A DNA stretch of 64,000 nt from Bacteroidota bacterium (GTDB lineage: Bacteria; Bacteroidota; Bacteroidia; UBA4408). Positions 32,645 through 42,161 of the stretch are shown piece after piece. Numbering within the stretch: position 1 is the stretch's first letter; each line of letters opens with the position of its first letter. Under the pieces are notes generated by a model, which worked only from the letters and a program-made list of their open reading frames with translations, did not search any database and was not told the DNA's origin. Where the stretch lies: contig JBAXQC010000007.1 of NCBI GenBank assembly GCA_037131955.1, forward strand, positions 3,004-67,003, written 5' to 3'. Position numbers and translations under genes: made by a program.

Positions 32645-34654
32645 ATGCTCTATACATCTAAAAAAATAAAAGATATTTACGATATGATTTTTATTGGCGA
32701 AATATCAATTAAAAAAATAAATATTTTTTTGTTTGTAGGTTTCTTTGTTTTTTCTGCACAAGCCCTTGCACAACCTTCTAACGATAATTGCTCTGGAGCT
32801 GATCTTATTTGTTTTGGTCAAACAATTAATGGTACAAACGTAGCGGCAACATCAGAAATTACTACTTCACCCAGTTGTTTTGCAGTTACAAATTCAGTTT
32901 GGTATAAATTTCAAACTATAAATATGGTTGGTAATCTATCCGTAAATTTATCCAACATTATCTCTAATAATTCTAATCCAAATTTTAGCGTTGCACTTTT
33001 TACTGCAGCCGATTGCAACTCTTCATTTACCGAAATTGCATGCAATTCAAGTGTATCAAATAATGCAACAATTACAGCCAATTCAATTCCTGCTGGCTCA
33101 AATATATGGGTATTGATAGAGGGCGATAATGCCGGTGGAGTTTTGGCAGAAGGTACTTTTGATGTTTCAATTTCTGGAACTGCAGTTGAGCCATCCGCAG
33201 CTATTGTTGTTGACCCGCCTAAATGTAATGCCAAAGGCTCAATTAAAGTTCAAAATATAAAGCAAAGTAATTCACCCATAACATTCTCATTAAACTCTGG
33301 TTCTGCTCAATCAAGTCCGGTTTTTAGTGACCTCTCTGCTGGAAATTATGCAGTAAATATTACAAACGTTGTGGGTTGTTCATTTACTATCTCCGCATTT
33401 GTTTCTGGTGATAGCACTCTAACTTTTAGTCCCAACTCTACACCTGCCGATTGTAATGTACAAAATGGAGCAATAAACATTTCTGGCCTTACGGGTGGTA
33501 GCGGTAACATTACCTATTCGTCAAATGGAAATACTCCTCAAAGCTCTCCAACTTTTAGTAATTTGGGGGCAGGAACATATAATATTACCATCAACTTTGG
33601 CAGCTGCGACACAACCATAAGAGTTTTTGTAAGCTCTAACTCAGGCATTCAATCCGCACAAGCAATAACAACTTTAGCATCCTGTAATGTCTCGGATGGA
33701 CAACTAACTTATCCTCCAAACAGCATTCTTGGAGCAAATGGACCTTTAGCCTATTCATTAAATGGCCCTTCTGGTCCACAAACCAGCAGCACGGGCGTTT
33801 TTACGGGCTTGTCAGTTGGCACATATACTATAATAATTAGAGACAATAGTGGTTTGGGATGTTCCTATACTGACATTGTATATATTTCTGAATTACCTCC
33901 TCCTGTTCCCACAGCAACAACCACAACACCAGATAATTGCCAAGGAAATAGAGGTGTGCTTCAAGTAAGTGGTTTCGGTGGTATTCCTCCATACACTTTT
34001 GCATTAAATAATGGAACTCCACAATCCTCTCCTACATTTGAAGGGTTATTAGCAGGTTCTTATTCAGTTACAATTTTTGATTCTAATGGATGTTCATCAA
34101 CAATTAATTCACCTTTAGATTTTCAGCAATCTGGAGTATCTAACTCTTGTTCCGCCGGTAGCAACAAAGAAATTCTGCAAGGTGAAGCTACAAAATTTAA
34201 CCCCGAATTAAAACCGGGTTCTACCGTTGTATGGAGCCCACCTGTTGCTGTTTTAAATGAAACCGTTGCAAACTCTAGCGTTGCGCCCAATTCTACCACC
34301 ACATATACTATTTTGGTAACTGAGCCAAATGGCTGCACATGCACAGATAATGTTACTATTGTGGTAAAAAAATTGGTTAGAATCTATAATGTTTTCACTC
34401 CTAATGGGGATGGAATCAATGATATTTGGAACATTGAGAATACCGAAAATTATGACAATGTAGAAGTGGATGTTTATGATAGATATGGTCTAAAGGTTTT
34501 TCACTCCAATGGCTATGCACCCGGACAGGAATGGAATGGCAACTCTTCTATTGGTAAAGTTCCCGCAGCGGTTTACTATTATGTGTTTAAATACAATTAC
34601 AAAAACGAAAGCAAAGATTATTTTTTGTCTGGAACAATTACAGTAATTAGATAA
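32645..34654 (+). CDS. Secreted repeat-domain adhesin-like protein with a T9SS type-B C-terminal domain (gliding-motility-associated CTD)
   Basis: 669 aa with a signal peptide and repeated Cys-containing ~90 aa modules. The C-terminus reads VRIYNVFTPNGDGINDIWNIE...VDVYDRYGLKVFHS.... Confidence 0.7.
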   Translation: MLYTSKKIKDIYDMIFIGEISIKKINIFLFVGFFVFSAQALAQPSNDNCSGADLICFGQTINGTNVAATSEITTSPSCFAVTNSVWYKFQTINMVGNLSVNLSNIISNNSNPNFSVALFTAADCNSSFTEIACNSSVSNNATITANSIPAGSNIWVLIEGDNAGGVLAEGTFDVSISGTAVEPSAAIVVDPPKCNAKGSIKVQNIKQSNSPITFSLNSGSAQSSPVFSDLSAGNYAVNITNVVGCSFTISAFVSGDSTLTFSPNSTPADCNVQNGAINISGLTGGSGNITYSSNGNTPQSSPTFSNLGAGTYNITINFGSCDTTIRVFVSSNSGIQSAQAITTLASCNVSDGQLTYPPNSILGANGPLAYSLNGPSGPQTSSTGVFTGLSVGTYTIIIRDNSGLGCSYTDIVYISELPPPVPTATTTTPDNCQGNRGVLQVSGFGGIPPYTFALNNGTPQSSPTFEGLLAGSYSVTIFDSNGCSSTINSPLDFQQSGVSNSCSAGSNKEILQGEATKFNPELKPGSTVVWSPPVAVLNETVANSSVAPNSTTTYTILVTEPNGCTCTDNVTIVVKKLVRIYNVFTPNGDGINDIWNIENTENYDNVEVDVYDRYGLKVFHSNGYAPGQEWNGNSSIGKVPAAVYYYVFKYNYKNESKDYFLSGTITVIR

Positions 34655-35625
34655 TGAGAAAATTTATTAAAAACTTTAACCTTTTTTTTGCCGTAATTTT
34701 TTTGTGGTTTAAGTCACTTTCTGCACAACAATTGCCTCAATATACCAACTATTTGTTAAACTACCATGCATTAAATCCTGCTGCTGCCGGTTCTAATAAT
34801 TGCATGGATTTAAAAGTAGGCGTTAGAACTCAGTGGGTAGGTTTTGAAGGTGCGCCAAAAACTCAATTCCTCCAGGGAAATTACTTTTTAAAAAGAAAAA
34901 GAAAATTGTGGAAAAGATCTAAACATGCTTTGGGTTTTTTATTTGAAAACGATCAAACAGGATCAAGCGGTCCAATTAGGCAAACACGTCTTGCGGTTTC
35001 TTATGCCTATCATGTGCCTATAAGTCGAACTGCTTTTTTTGCAGCAGGATTATACGCAGGATTAAATCAATTTGTGGTTCAATCAGAACGTTTTGACCCA
35101 TTTACACAGGAAGATCCATTGTTAAATGGTTCAGGAAGAAAACTAGTTTACCCTGATTTTAACCCAGGAGTTTTGTTTTATACAGACCAAGGATTTATTG
35201 GATTGTCTGTTAAAAATGCTTACGGAAATAAGCTTGGCGGTGTGTTGGGAGCAGCATCAAAAATGAACAGACACTTTTTTTTAACAGGCGGTTATACTAT
35301 TGGAGGAGAAAGAGCCTTATTCAGATATACTCCTTCTGCAAACTTAAAATTTGTTTCAATGAATTTGCCATCACTGGATGTAAGTTTTATGGTAACATAT
35401 GATAAACTAGTAGACTTTGGCTTTGCTTACAGACTAGTTGATGGAGTGTGTGCTTTTGCAAATTACAGAATAAAAAAATGGTCCGTTGGATATGCCTATG
35501 ATTTTAATTTATCAAAAGTTAGGTATGCAAGTTCTAACTCTCACGAAATTATTGTTTCCTATAAAATTTGTCCTGTAAATCAATCCGACTATAACTCAAA
35601 CGAACATTGTCCTGCCTACAGGTAA
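34654..35625 (+). CDS. PorP/SprF family type IX secretion system membrane protein
   Basis: 323 aa with a signal peptide, then QQLPQYTNYLLNYHALNPAAAGS. The start overlaps the upstream stop (TAATG). Confidence 0.75.
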   Translation: MRKFIKNFNLFFAVIFLWFKSLSAQQLPQYTNYLLNYHALNPAAAGSNNCMDLKVGVRTQWVGFEGAPKTQFLQGNYFLKRKRKLWKRSKHALGFLFENDQTGSSGPIRQTRLAVSYAYHVPISRTAFFAAGLYAGLNQFVVQSERFDPFTQEDPLLNGSGRKLVYPDFNPGVLFYTDQGFIGLSVKNAYGNKLGGVLGAASKMNRHFFLTGGYTIGGERALFRYTPSANLKFVSMNLPSLDVSFMVTYDKLVDFGFAYRLVDGVCAFANYRIKKWSVGYAYDFNLSKVRYASSNSHEIIVSYKICPVNQSDYNSNEHCPAYR

Positions 35626-35945
35626 GTTCTGATAGTTTTTTCTTTCAAGCAATTTTTATTTCTTGGTGTGTGCAAAATGTAACTGTTACCATTAATTTGC
35701 CAAAAGGGAATGTGTTAGCCCAAGTTCTTAAAAGTATATCATATACCTACAATGCCTAAGAATATGGCTTAAACTATAAAATTCTCCCCAAAAAGTTATT
35801 GCAACCAAAACCATTAAATTAAAAAAGGATATTGTAAGCTACTTAGAATATCTTGTTTTTAAAGAATTTTAAAAAAATATCAGAGGCCCACGGAAAACAA
35901 ATAGGATTTAAATAAGCTATATTTGTAAAAACATTTAATAATTCA

Positions 35946-37829
35946 ATGGGGCAACAAAACAACTCACTTTCCGAAGTTCATGAGTCTGTAGATACCCAAC
36001 AAAAAAAAGGTTTTTGGAAAAAACTTTTTTCATTCCTTGGGCCGGCATACTTAGTATCTGTTGGCTACATGGATCCTGGAAATTGGGCAACAGATTTAGC
36101 GGGTGGCAGCAAATTTGGTTACTCTTTGTTGTGGGTTTTACTGATGTCAAACCTAATTGCATTGTTACTTCAAAGTTTAAGTGCCAGATTAGGTATAGTA
36201 AGTGGGCGAGATTTAGCTCAAGCATCAAGAGAAACCTATCCCAAATTTGTTAACTATTGCCTTTATTTTTTAGCAGAAATAGCCATTGCAGCCTGCGATT
36301 TAGCAGAGGTCTTGGGTATGGCAATTGGTTTGCAATTGTTGTTTCATCTTCCACTTTTGGTAGGGGTAAGCATTACCATTCTTGATTCTTTTTTATTGCT
36401 CTTTTTAATAAACTTTGGAATAAGAAAAATGGAAGCATTTATTATATCCTTAGTTGCAATTATTGGATTTTCGTTTTTAGCAGAAATGATTTTTGCTCAA
36501 CCTAATTTTGCAGATGTTATAAAAGGTTTTAAACCTACAATACCATCGGAAGGTGCTTTGTACATTGCAATAGGAATAATTGGAGCAACGGTAATGCCTC
36601 ATAATTTATACTTGCATTCTTCTTTAGTGCAAACACGAAAATTTTCTAGAATTCCTGCTGAAATAAAAAAAGTTATCAAGTATAATTTTATTGATTCTTT
36701 AGTGGCGTTAAATCTTGCCTTTTTTGTAAATGCATCTATTTTAATTTTAGCAGCTTCTGCATTTTATTACAACGGAATGTTTGAGATTGCAGAAATTCAG
36801 GATGCTTATAAATTTTTGGAGCCAATGGTAGGAAATAGATATGCACCCCTTTTGTTTGCCATAGCTTTAATTGCTGCAGGACAATCTTCTACAATTACTG
36901 GAACTTTAGCTGGCCAAATTGTAATGGAAGGATACATTAATCTAAGAATTCAGCCTTGGATGAGAAGATTGCTTACCAGACTAATTGCAATAATTCCTGC
37001 CTTTTTAACCATCTATTTTTTGGGCGAGGGTGCCACTGGAAAATTATTGGTTTTTAGCCAAGTAATTTTAAGTATGCAATTGGCTTTTGCCATTATTCCA
37101 CTTATACATTTTGTGAGCGATAAAATAAAAATGGGTGAATTTGCAATTGGTGCAAAAACAAAATTTTTTTCATGGGTGGCTGCCTCCATAATTGTTGTTT
37201 TAAATTTAAAGTTGGTTTTCGAAGAATTAAAAGGACTTTCAGAAATCGAGAATTTGAATTTTATTTGGTTGGTATTTGCATATTCTATTGCAATTGCATG
37301 TTTAGGATTATTACTATTTATTGTTTTTGATCCTATCTTAAAACGCAGAGAAATAAAATCGCAAAAAACTCCGCACATTGCTATTGGAAAAATTGAACCT
37401 GCAAAAAAAGTAGAGTTCAAAAAAATTGCAGTTACTTTAGATTTCTCCGAAACAGATGCCAAAACGCTTCAGTATGCTATTTCATTGGCAGCAGCAAACA
37501 CTCAATTCTATATTATTCATATTTCCGAAACTGCGGGTGCATTGGTTATGGGCAATGAAATTAGAGACATGGAAAGCGAAGAAGATGCAAATTTTTTGAA
37601 CGAATATTCCAAAAAACTAAGCGATTTAGGCTTTGAGGCATTTGCTGTTTTAGGATACGGCAATCCCAAAAAATCTATACCTGAATTGGTAAACAAAATA
37701 GAACCCGATATTTTAATTATGGGAGCTCACGGCCATAAAACTCTAAAAGATTTAATTTTAGGAACCACAGTTGATGCCGTAAGACACAATATTTCTGTTC
37801 CACTATTGGTGGTTAAAAGAAAAATGTAA
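35946..37829 (+). CDS. mntH: Nramp family divalent metal (Mn2+/Fe2+) transporter fused to a C-terminal universal stress protein (UspA) domain
   Basis: 627 aa. Nramp consensus (GPAYLVSVGYMDPGNWATDLAGGS...) across ~11 TM helices. The last ~150 aa form a USP fold (KKIAVTLDFSE...ILIMGAHGH...VPLLVV). Confidence 0.8.
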   Translation: MGQQNNSLSEVHESVDTQQKKGFWKKLFSFLGPAYLVSVGYMDPGNWATDLAGGSKFGYSLLWVLLMSNLIALLLQSLSARLGIVSGRDLAQASRETYPKFVNYCLYFLAEIAIAACDLAEVLGMAIGLQLLFHLPLLVGVSITILDSFLLLFLINFGIRKMEAFIISLVAIIGFSFLAEMIFAQPNFADVIKGFKPTIPSEGALYIAIGIIGATVMPHNLYLHSSLVQTRKFSRIPAEIKKVIKYNFIDSLVALNLAFFVNASILILAASAFYYNGMFEIAEIQDAYKFLEPMVGNRYAPLLFAIALIAAGQSSTITGTLAGQIVMEGYINLRIQPWMRRLLTRLIAIIPAFLTIYFLGEGATGKLLVFSQVILSMQLAFAIIPLIHFVSDKIKMGEFAIGAKTKFFSWVAASIIVVLNLKLVFEELKGLSEIENLNFIWLVFAYSIAIACLGLLLFIVFDPILKRREIKSQKTPHIAIGKIEPAKKVEFKKIAVTLDFSETDAKTLQYAISLAAANTQFYIIHISETAGALVMGNEIRDMESEEDANFLNEYSKKLSDLGFEAFAVLGYGNPKKSIPELVNKIEPDILIMGAHGHKTLKDLILGTTVDAVRHNISVPLLVVKRKM

Positions 37830-38347
37830 TGAATAAAATTATTAAAAAAATTGCATTTGTTGGACCAGAATCAACAGGAAAAACTACCATATCTAATTCT
37901 GTTGCCAAAAAATTTTCTGAGCCTTGGGTAAATGAAATTGCAAGAGATTACCTCCAAGCAAATGGTCCCAAATACTCTCAATCCGACATCTATGCCATCT
38001 CTGAGCTACAACTGCAAAGAGAAAATGAGCTCCTTAACAAATCTGAGAAATTTTTATTTTGCGATACCAACCTTTTGGTTTCAATAGTTTGGAGCCAATT
38101 TGTTTTTGGAACTGTTTCTACTGAGTTAAACAATTTGTTTGTACCCCATTCCTATTCTCACTACTTTTTGTGTAACATAGATGTGCCTTGGCAATACGAC
38201 CCGTTAAGAGAACACCCTAATCAAAGAGAAGAACTATTTTTGATGTATCAATCTAAATTAGAAAAGTACAAAGTATCATATTCAATTTTATCAGGCTCAA
38301 ACGAATACCGTTTGCAGCAAGCTTCCAAAATAATTTTAACGCTTTAA
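37829..38347 (+). CDS. P-loop ATPase, nicotinamide-riboside-kinase-like (NadR C-terminal/AAA_28 type)
   Basis: 172 aa with Walker A (VGPESTGKTT). The start overlaps the mntH stop (ATGA). Confidence 0.55.
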   Translation: MNKIIKKIAFVGPESTGKTTISNSVAKKFSEPWVNEIARDYLQANGPKYSQSDIYAISELQLQRENELLNKSEKFLFCDTNLLVSIVWSQFVFGTVSTELNNLFVPHSYSHYFLCNIDVPWQYDPLREHPNQREELFLMYQSKLEKYKVSYSILSGSNEYRLQQASKIILTL

Positions 38348-38396
38348 TTGCACTATTTATTAAATTTGCTGAGTATATTTAAGAAATTTTTTTAGT

Positions 38397-39776
38397 ATGA
38401 GTTGTAACAGTTGTGGTACGGGTGAAAATGGATTGCCAAAAGGATGCAACAACAATGGTGCATGTGGTTCGGGGGGATGTAATACAAAACTTACTGTTTT
38501 TGATTGGTTAGCAAATATGGAGTTTCCGGGAATGGCAAAGCCCTTTGATATTGTTGAAGTAAGATTTAAAAATAGCAGAAAAGAGTTTTACAAACTAGAA
38601 CCAGACATGGAGTTTTTTAAAGGCGATATTGTGGCCGTTGAAGCTTCTCCGGGTCACGACATAGGCATTGTTTCCCTCACAGGCGATTTGGTGAAATTGC
38701 AAATGAAAAAGAAAAATGTTAGAGCAGATTCACCCGAATTAAAAAAGGTTTACCGAAAGGCAAAACAAATGGACATTGATAAATGGCAATCGGCCAGAGA
38801 GCTAGAAGAAAAAACAATGTACAAAGCAAGAACCATTGCAGTTAAGCTAAACCTTCAAATGAAAATTAGCGATGTAGAATACCAAGGCGACAAAACCAAA
38901 GCCATTTTTTACTACACTGCCGAAGATCGTGTGGATTTTAGAGACCTTATAAAAGTTTTGGCCGACGAGTTTAAGGTTAGAATAGAAATGAAACAAATTG
39001 GTGCAAGGCAAGAAGCGGGGAGGCTTGGTGGAATTGGCAGTTGTGGAAGAGAATTGTGTTGTTCTACGTGGCTTACAGATTTTAGGTCGGTAAGCACAAG
39101 TGCTGCAAGGTATCAGCAACTTTCGTTGAACCCGCTAAAACTTGCAGGGCAATGTGGCAAGCTAAAGTGCTGCCTAAATTATGAGCTAGATAGCTACATG
39201 GATGCCATAAAAGATTTCCCGGAAAGTGGGGTAAAACTGTTTACAAAATCGGGGGCTGCTTTTCATCAAAAAACAGACATCTTTAAGCGTACTCTCTGGT
39301 ATTCCTACGAAAGCGACCCTGGAACTTTTATTCCTCTTTCTGTTGAAACAGTAAAAGAGATTATTGAACAAAACAAAAATAAAATTTATCCTCCAGATTT
39401 TACCATAGCTAAACCTATAGAAGCTAAAAAAACATCTGAAATGTATTACGAAAATGTGGTGGGGCAAGACAGCCTTACTAGATTTGACCAAGACAAAAAC
39501 AAAAAGAAAAAGAAAAAGAAAAACAACAGAAATAAATCGGTAGGCGATTCTCCACAAATCCAAAAATTAACAAATGAGGTTCAACCTGCCGGACTTTCAC
39601 CACAAAAAAATACTACCGATCCAAATAAATTAAATAAGGAAGCAAAACAAAACCCAAAACAACAAAACCGAACACACCAACCCAACAGAAACAACAATAG
39701 AAACAATCCAAACAGAAACAATAAACCACAAAACAATAACCCTAACTCAAGCAATGCAGCGCCAAAAGATAACTAG
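38397..39776 (+). CDS. PSP1 C-terminal domain protein (RicT/YaaT-like) with a Cys-rich N-terminus and a long N/K/P-rich low-complexity tail
   Basis: 459 aa with a PSP1-like core. It begins with a Cys cluster (CNSCGTG...GCNNNGACGSGGC) and ends with a K/N/P-rich tail. Confidence 0.5.
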   Translation: MSCNSCGTGENGLPKGCNNNGACGSGGCNTKLTVFDWLANMEFPGMAKPFDIVEVRFKNSRKEFYKLEPDMEFFKGDIVAVEASPGHDIGIVSLTGDLVKLQMKKKNVRADSPELKKVYRKAKQMDIDKWQSARELEEKTMYKARTIAVKLNLQMKISDVEYQGDKTKAIFYYTAEDRVDFRDLIKVLADEFKVRIEMKQIGARQEAGRLGGIGSCGRELCCSTWLTDFRSVSTSAARYQQLSLNPLKLAGQCGKLKCCLNYELDSYMDAIKDFPESGVKLFTKSGAAFHQKTDIFKRTLWYSYESDPGTFIPLSVETVKEIIEQNKNKIYPPDFTIAKPIEAKKTSEMYYENVVGQDSLTRFDQDKNKKKKKKKNNRNKSVGDSPQIQKLTNEVQPAGLSPQKNTTDPNKLNKEAKQNPKQQNRTHQPNRNNNRNNPNRNNKPQNNNPNSSNAAPKDN

Positions 39777-40230
39777 TATTTTCTTCCTTTTATGGATAGC
39801 ACTGTTATTCAGTGCTTGTGATTCATCAAGAGTTTTTGAAGAAAATAAAATAATAGAAAACCAACTTTGGAACAGTGCAGACAAAAAGCTCTTTTATGTA
39901 AATGTAGACGATACGCTATCTTCACATAATTTTTACATCAACGTAAGAAATGCCTCAGATTATCCGTTTAGCAATTTATTACTTTTTTTGCAAACCCGCT
40001 ATCCACAAGGCACTTATTCAAAAGATACGTTAGAATGTATTTTGGCCGACCAAACAGGTAAATGGCTGGGAGACGGTTCTGGCGATATATGGGACAATCA
40101 AATATTGTTTAGAAAAAACTTTAAGTTTAAAAGAAAGGGCAAATATGTTTTTTCTCTTGAACAAGCCATGAGGTTAGAAAATTTACCTCAAATTTTAGAT
40201 GTTGGAATAAGAATAGAAAAATCTTTTTAG
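39754..40230 (+). CDS. gldH: Gliding motility lipoprotein GldH
   Basis: 158 aa lipoprotein (LLFSAC DSSRVFEE...) with the GldH-like pattern ...YPFSNLLLFL...KDTLECILADQTGKWLGDGSGDIW...GKY...GIRIEK. It overlaps the PSP1 gene by 23 nt. Confidence 0.7.
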   Translation: MQRQKITSIFFLLWIALLFSACDSSRVFEENKIIENQLWNSADKKLFYVNVDDTLSSHNFYINVRNASDYPFSNLLLFLQTRYPQGTYSKDTLECILADQTGKWLGDGSGDIWDNQILFRKNFKFKRKGKYVFSLEQAMRLENLPQILDVGIRIEKSF

Positions 40231-40234
40231 TAGA

Positions 40235-40993
40235 ATGCAAGACAATGTTGTTTTATCTAGTTTAATTGAAGCCAAAAAGAAAGGGAAAAAATTACTTTTC
40301 CTGCTTATCGACCCCGATGATTTTGACGAAAAGAGGTTTGATTTTTCTTTGTTGGAACAAATTGATGTTTTGCTGGTGGGTGGCAGTTTAATTTCTAGTG
40401 GTAACCTAAATTCATGCATAAATTTTTTTAAAAGTAACATTGCCATTCCTGTAGTAATTTTTCCTGGAGCTCCCTCTCACATATCGGCAAATGCTGATGC
40501 AATTTTATTGCTTTCGCTAATATCTGGTAGAAATGCCGACTTACTTATTGGCAACCATGTTTCTGCAGCTTTTGCACTAAAAAAATCTAACATAGAGCTT
40601 ATACCAACTGGATATCTGATTGTAGATGGAGGAAAGCCCACAACTGTTTCCTATATTAGCAACACACAACCCATACCAGCAGATAAACCAATGATTGCCG
40701 CCGCTACTGCACTAGCGGGAGAGCAGTTAGGTCTTAAAGTTATTTACCTTGACGCAGGAAGTGGGGCTTGGCATTGTGTTTCTGAAAATATGATCAAATC
40801 TGTAGAAAAAACTGTTTTGCTGCCAATAATTGTTGGAGGAGGAATAAGAACAAAAGATGATGCCATAAATAGTTGGAGAGCTGGGGCAACAGCAATAGTA
40901 GTTGGCAATGCCGCAGAAAAAAATCCTCAAATAATTGAAGAAATAAACCAAGAAAAAATTAAACTAAACTTTGAATTAACAGAAAAAATATGA
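40235..40993 (+). CDS. Geranylgeranylglyceryl/heptaprenylglyceryl phosphate synthase family protein (PcrB-like TIM barrel)
   Basis: 252 aa of GGGPS family sequence (LLFLLIDPDD...VLLVGGS..., ...IYLDAGSGA..., VGGGIRT...VVGNA). Confidence 0.7.
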   Translation: MQDNVVLSSLIEAKKKGKKLLFLLIDPDDFDEKRFDFSLLEQIDVLLVGGSLISSGNLNSCINFFKSNIAIPVVIFPGAPSHISANADAILLLSLISGRNADLLIGNHVSAAFALKKSNIELIPTGYLIVDGGKPTTVSYISNTQPIPADKPMIAAATALAGEQLGLKVIYLDAGSGAWHCVSENMIKSVEKTVLLPIIVGGGIRTKDDAINSWRAGATAIVVGNAAEKNPQIIEEINQEKIKLNFELTEKI

Positions 40994-41430
40994 GCTTAGA
41001 AGAACAAATTAATGCCGACATAAAAGCCGCAATGTTGGCCAAAGAAAGTGCAAAACTAGAAGCACTAAGAGCAGTAAAATCTGCCATATTATTATTAAAA
41101 ACATCTGCAGATGGCTCTGCACCTGATGCAGAACTAAAGGCTTTGCAAAAAATGGTGAAGCAAAGAAAAGAAACTGCCGAAATTTATACAAGCCAAAGCA
41201 GAGGAGATTTAGCAGAGGTGGAATTGTTTCAGGCTGCAATTATAGAGCAATATTTGCCTAAGCAATTGAGCGGAGCAGAATTAGAAGAGCAAGTAAAAGC
41301 AATTTTAGTAGCTGCAGGAGTTTCAGGTGCTGCAGAAATGGGAAAAGCCATTGGCATGGTAAACAAAGCCCTTGCCGGAAAAGCAGAAGGCAAAGCAATT
41401 GCAGATATGGTAAAAAAACTATTGACTTAG
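40990..41430 (+). CDS. yqeY: GatB/YqeY domain protein
   Basis: 146 aa (MSLEEQINADIKAAMLAKES...LRAVKSAI...). The start overlaps the upstream gene by 4 nt. Confidence 0.8.
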   Translation: MSLEEQINADIKAAMLAKESAKLEALRAVKSAILLLKTSADGSAPDAELKALQKMVKQRKETAEIYTSQSRGDLAEVELFQAAIIEQYLPKQLSGAELEEQVKAILVAAGVSGAAEMGKAIGMVNKALAGKAEGKAIADMVKKLLT

Positions 41431-41485
41431 CCTAAAAAACAACAATTGAAATAAATAACAACAAAAAAACTAAAACTTAAAAACC

Positions 41486-41917
41486 ATGAAAAAATCAATG
41501 AAACTAATGTTTGCTTTTGCAGCGCTATTTTTGATTGCAAACCTTTCTCAGGCTCAAAGCGTTTGGGATCAATGGCCCGAGGCCAAGACTTTTCACGAGG
41601 TAATGTCAAAAACATTTCACCCAAGTGAAGAAGGTAACCTAGAACCCATAAAAACTAGAATTGGCGAAATGGTAAAAAAAGCAGATGCTTGGATGAACAG
41701 CAAAGCACCTGAAGCTTATAACAAGCAAAATATAAAAGATGGCTTAGCAAAACTTTCTAAAGAAACAAAAGAGTTAGAGAAAGAAATAAATTCGAAAGAA
41801 AGCGACGAAAAAATAAAAACAGAATTGGCAAAATTGCACGATGTGTTTCATGATGTGGTGGGCGCTTGCAACAACAAAGAAGAAAAACACGGTAATCATG
41901 ATGGACACGGCCATTGA
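41486..41917 (+). CDS. Hypothetical secreted protein with a His-rich C-terminus
   Basis: 143 aa with a signal peptide (ANLSQAQS) and a helical K/E-rich body. The tail is HGNHDGHGH. Confidence 0.4.
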   Translation: MKKSMKLMFAFAALFLIANLSQAQSVWDQWPEAKTFHEVMSKTFHPSEEGNLEPIKTRIGEMVKKADAWMNSKAPEAYNKQNIKDGLAKLSKETKELEKEINSKESDEKIKTELAKLHDVFHDVVGACNNKEEKHGNHDGHGH

Positions 41918-42107
41918 TTTTAAATAGAAATTAAGGAAAGCGTTGTAAGTAATCTCCTCGTTTTATTGCTATTGTATAAACGTGGCCAAAGATAAATTTT
42001 CTCTGTTTTTAGGGCCGTTAGAGTAAGTCCTATCTGCAAACAAAGACTATTTTAGGATTTATATATCTGTACAAACTCCGTTAATAACAAAGTGTAAAAA
42101 ATAAGAA

Positions 42108-42141
42108 CAAAAAAAAGCCCAAATTCATTTGAATTTGGGCT
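42108..42141 (-). terminator. Rho-independent terminator ending the minus-strand rpmB-rpmG-DUF4295 unit (hairpin is palindromic, possibly bidirectional)
   Basis: Stem GCCCAAATTCA/TGAATTTGGGC at 42117-42140. Plus-strand A8 at 42109-42116 gives a U-run on the minus transcript. Confidence 0.65.
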
Positions 42142-42161
42142 TTAGCTTGCATTGAGCAAAA

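Noticed and set aside
35626-35945. Possible riboswitch (for example a Mn-responsive yybP-ykoY type) in the 320-bp leader upstream of the Nramp gene.
   Set aside because: I cannot recognise the conserved yybP-ykoY helices or any other riboswitch consensus by eye, and that class normally regulates exporters, not Nramp importers. I leave this as an unannotated long leader.
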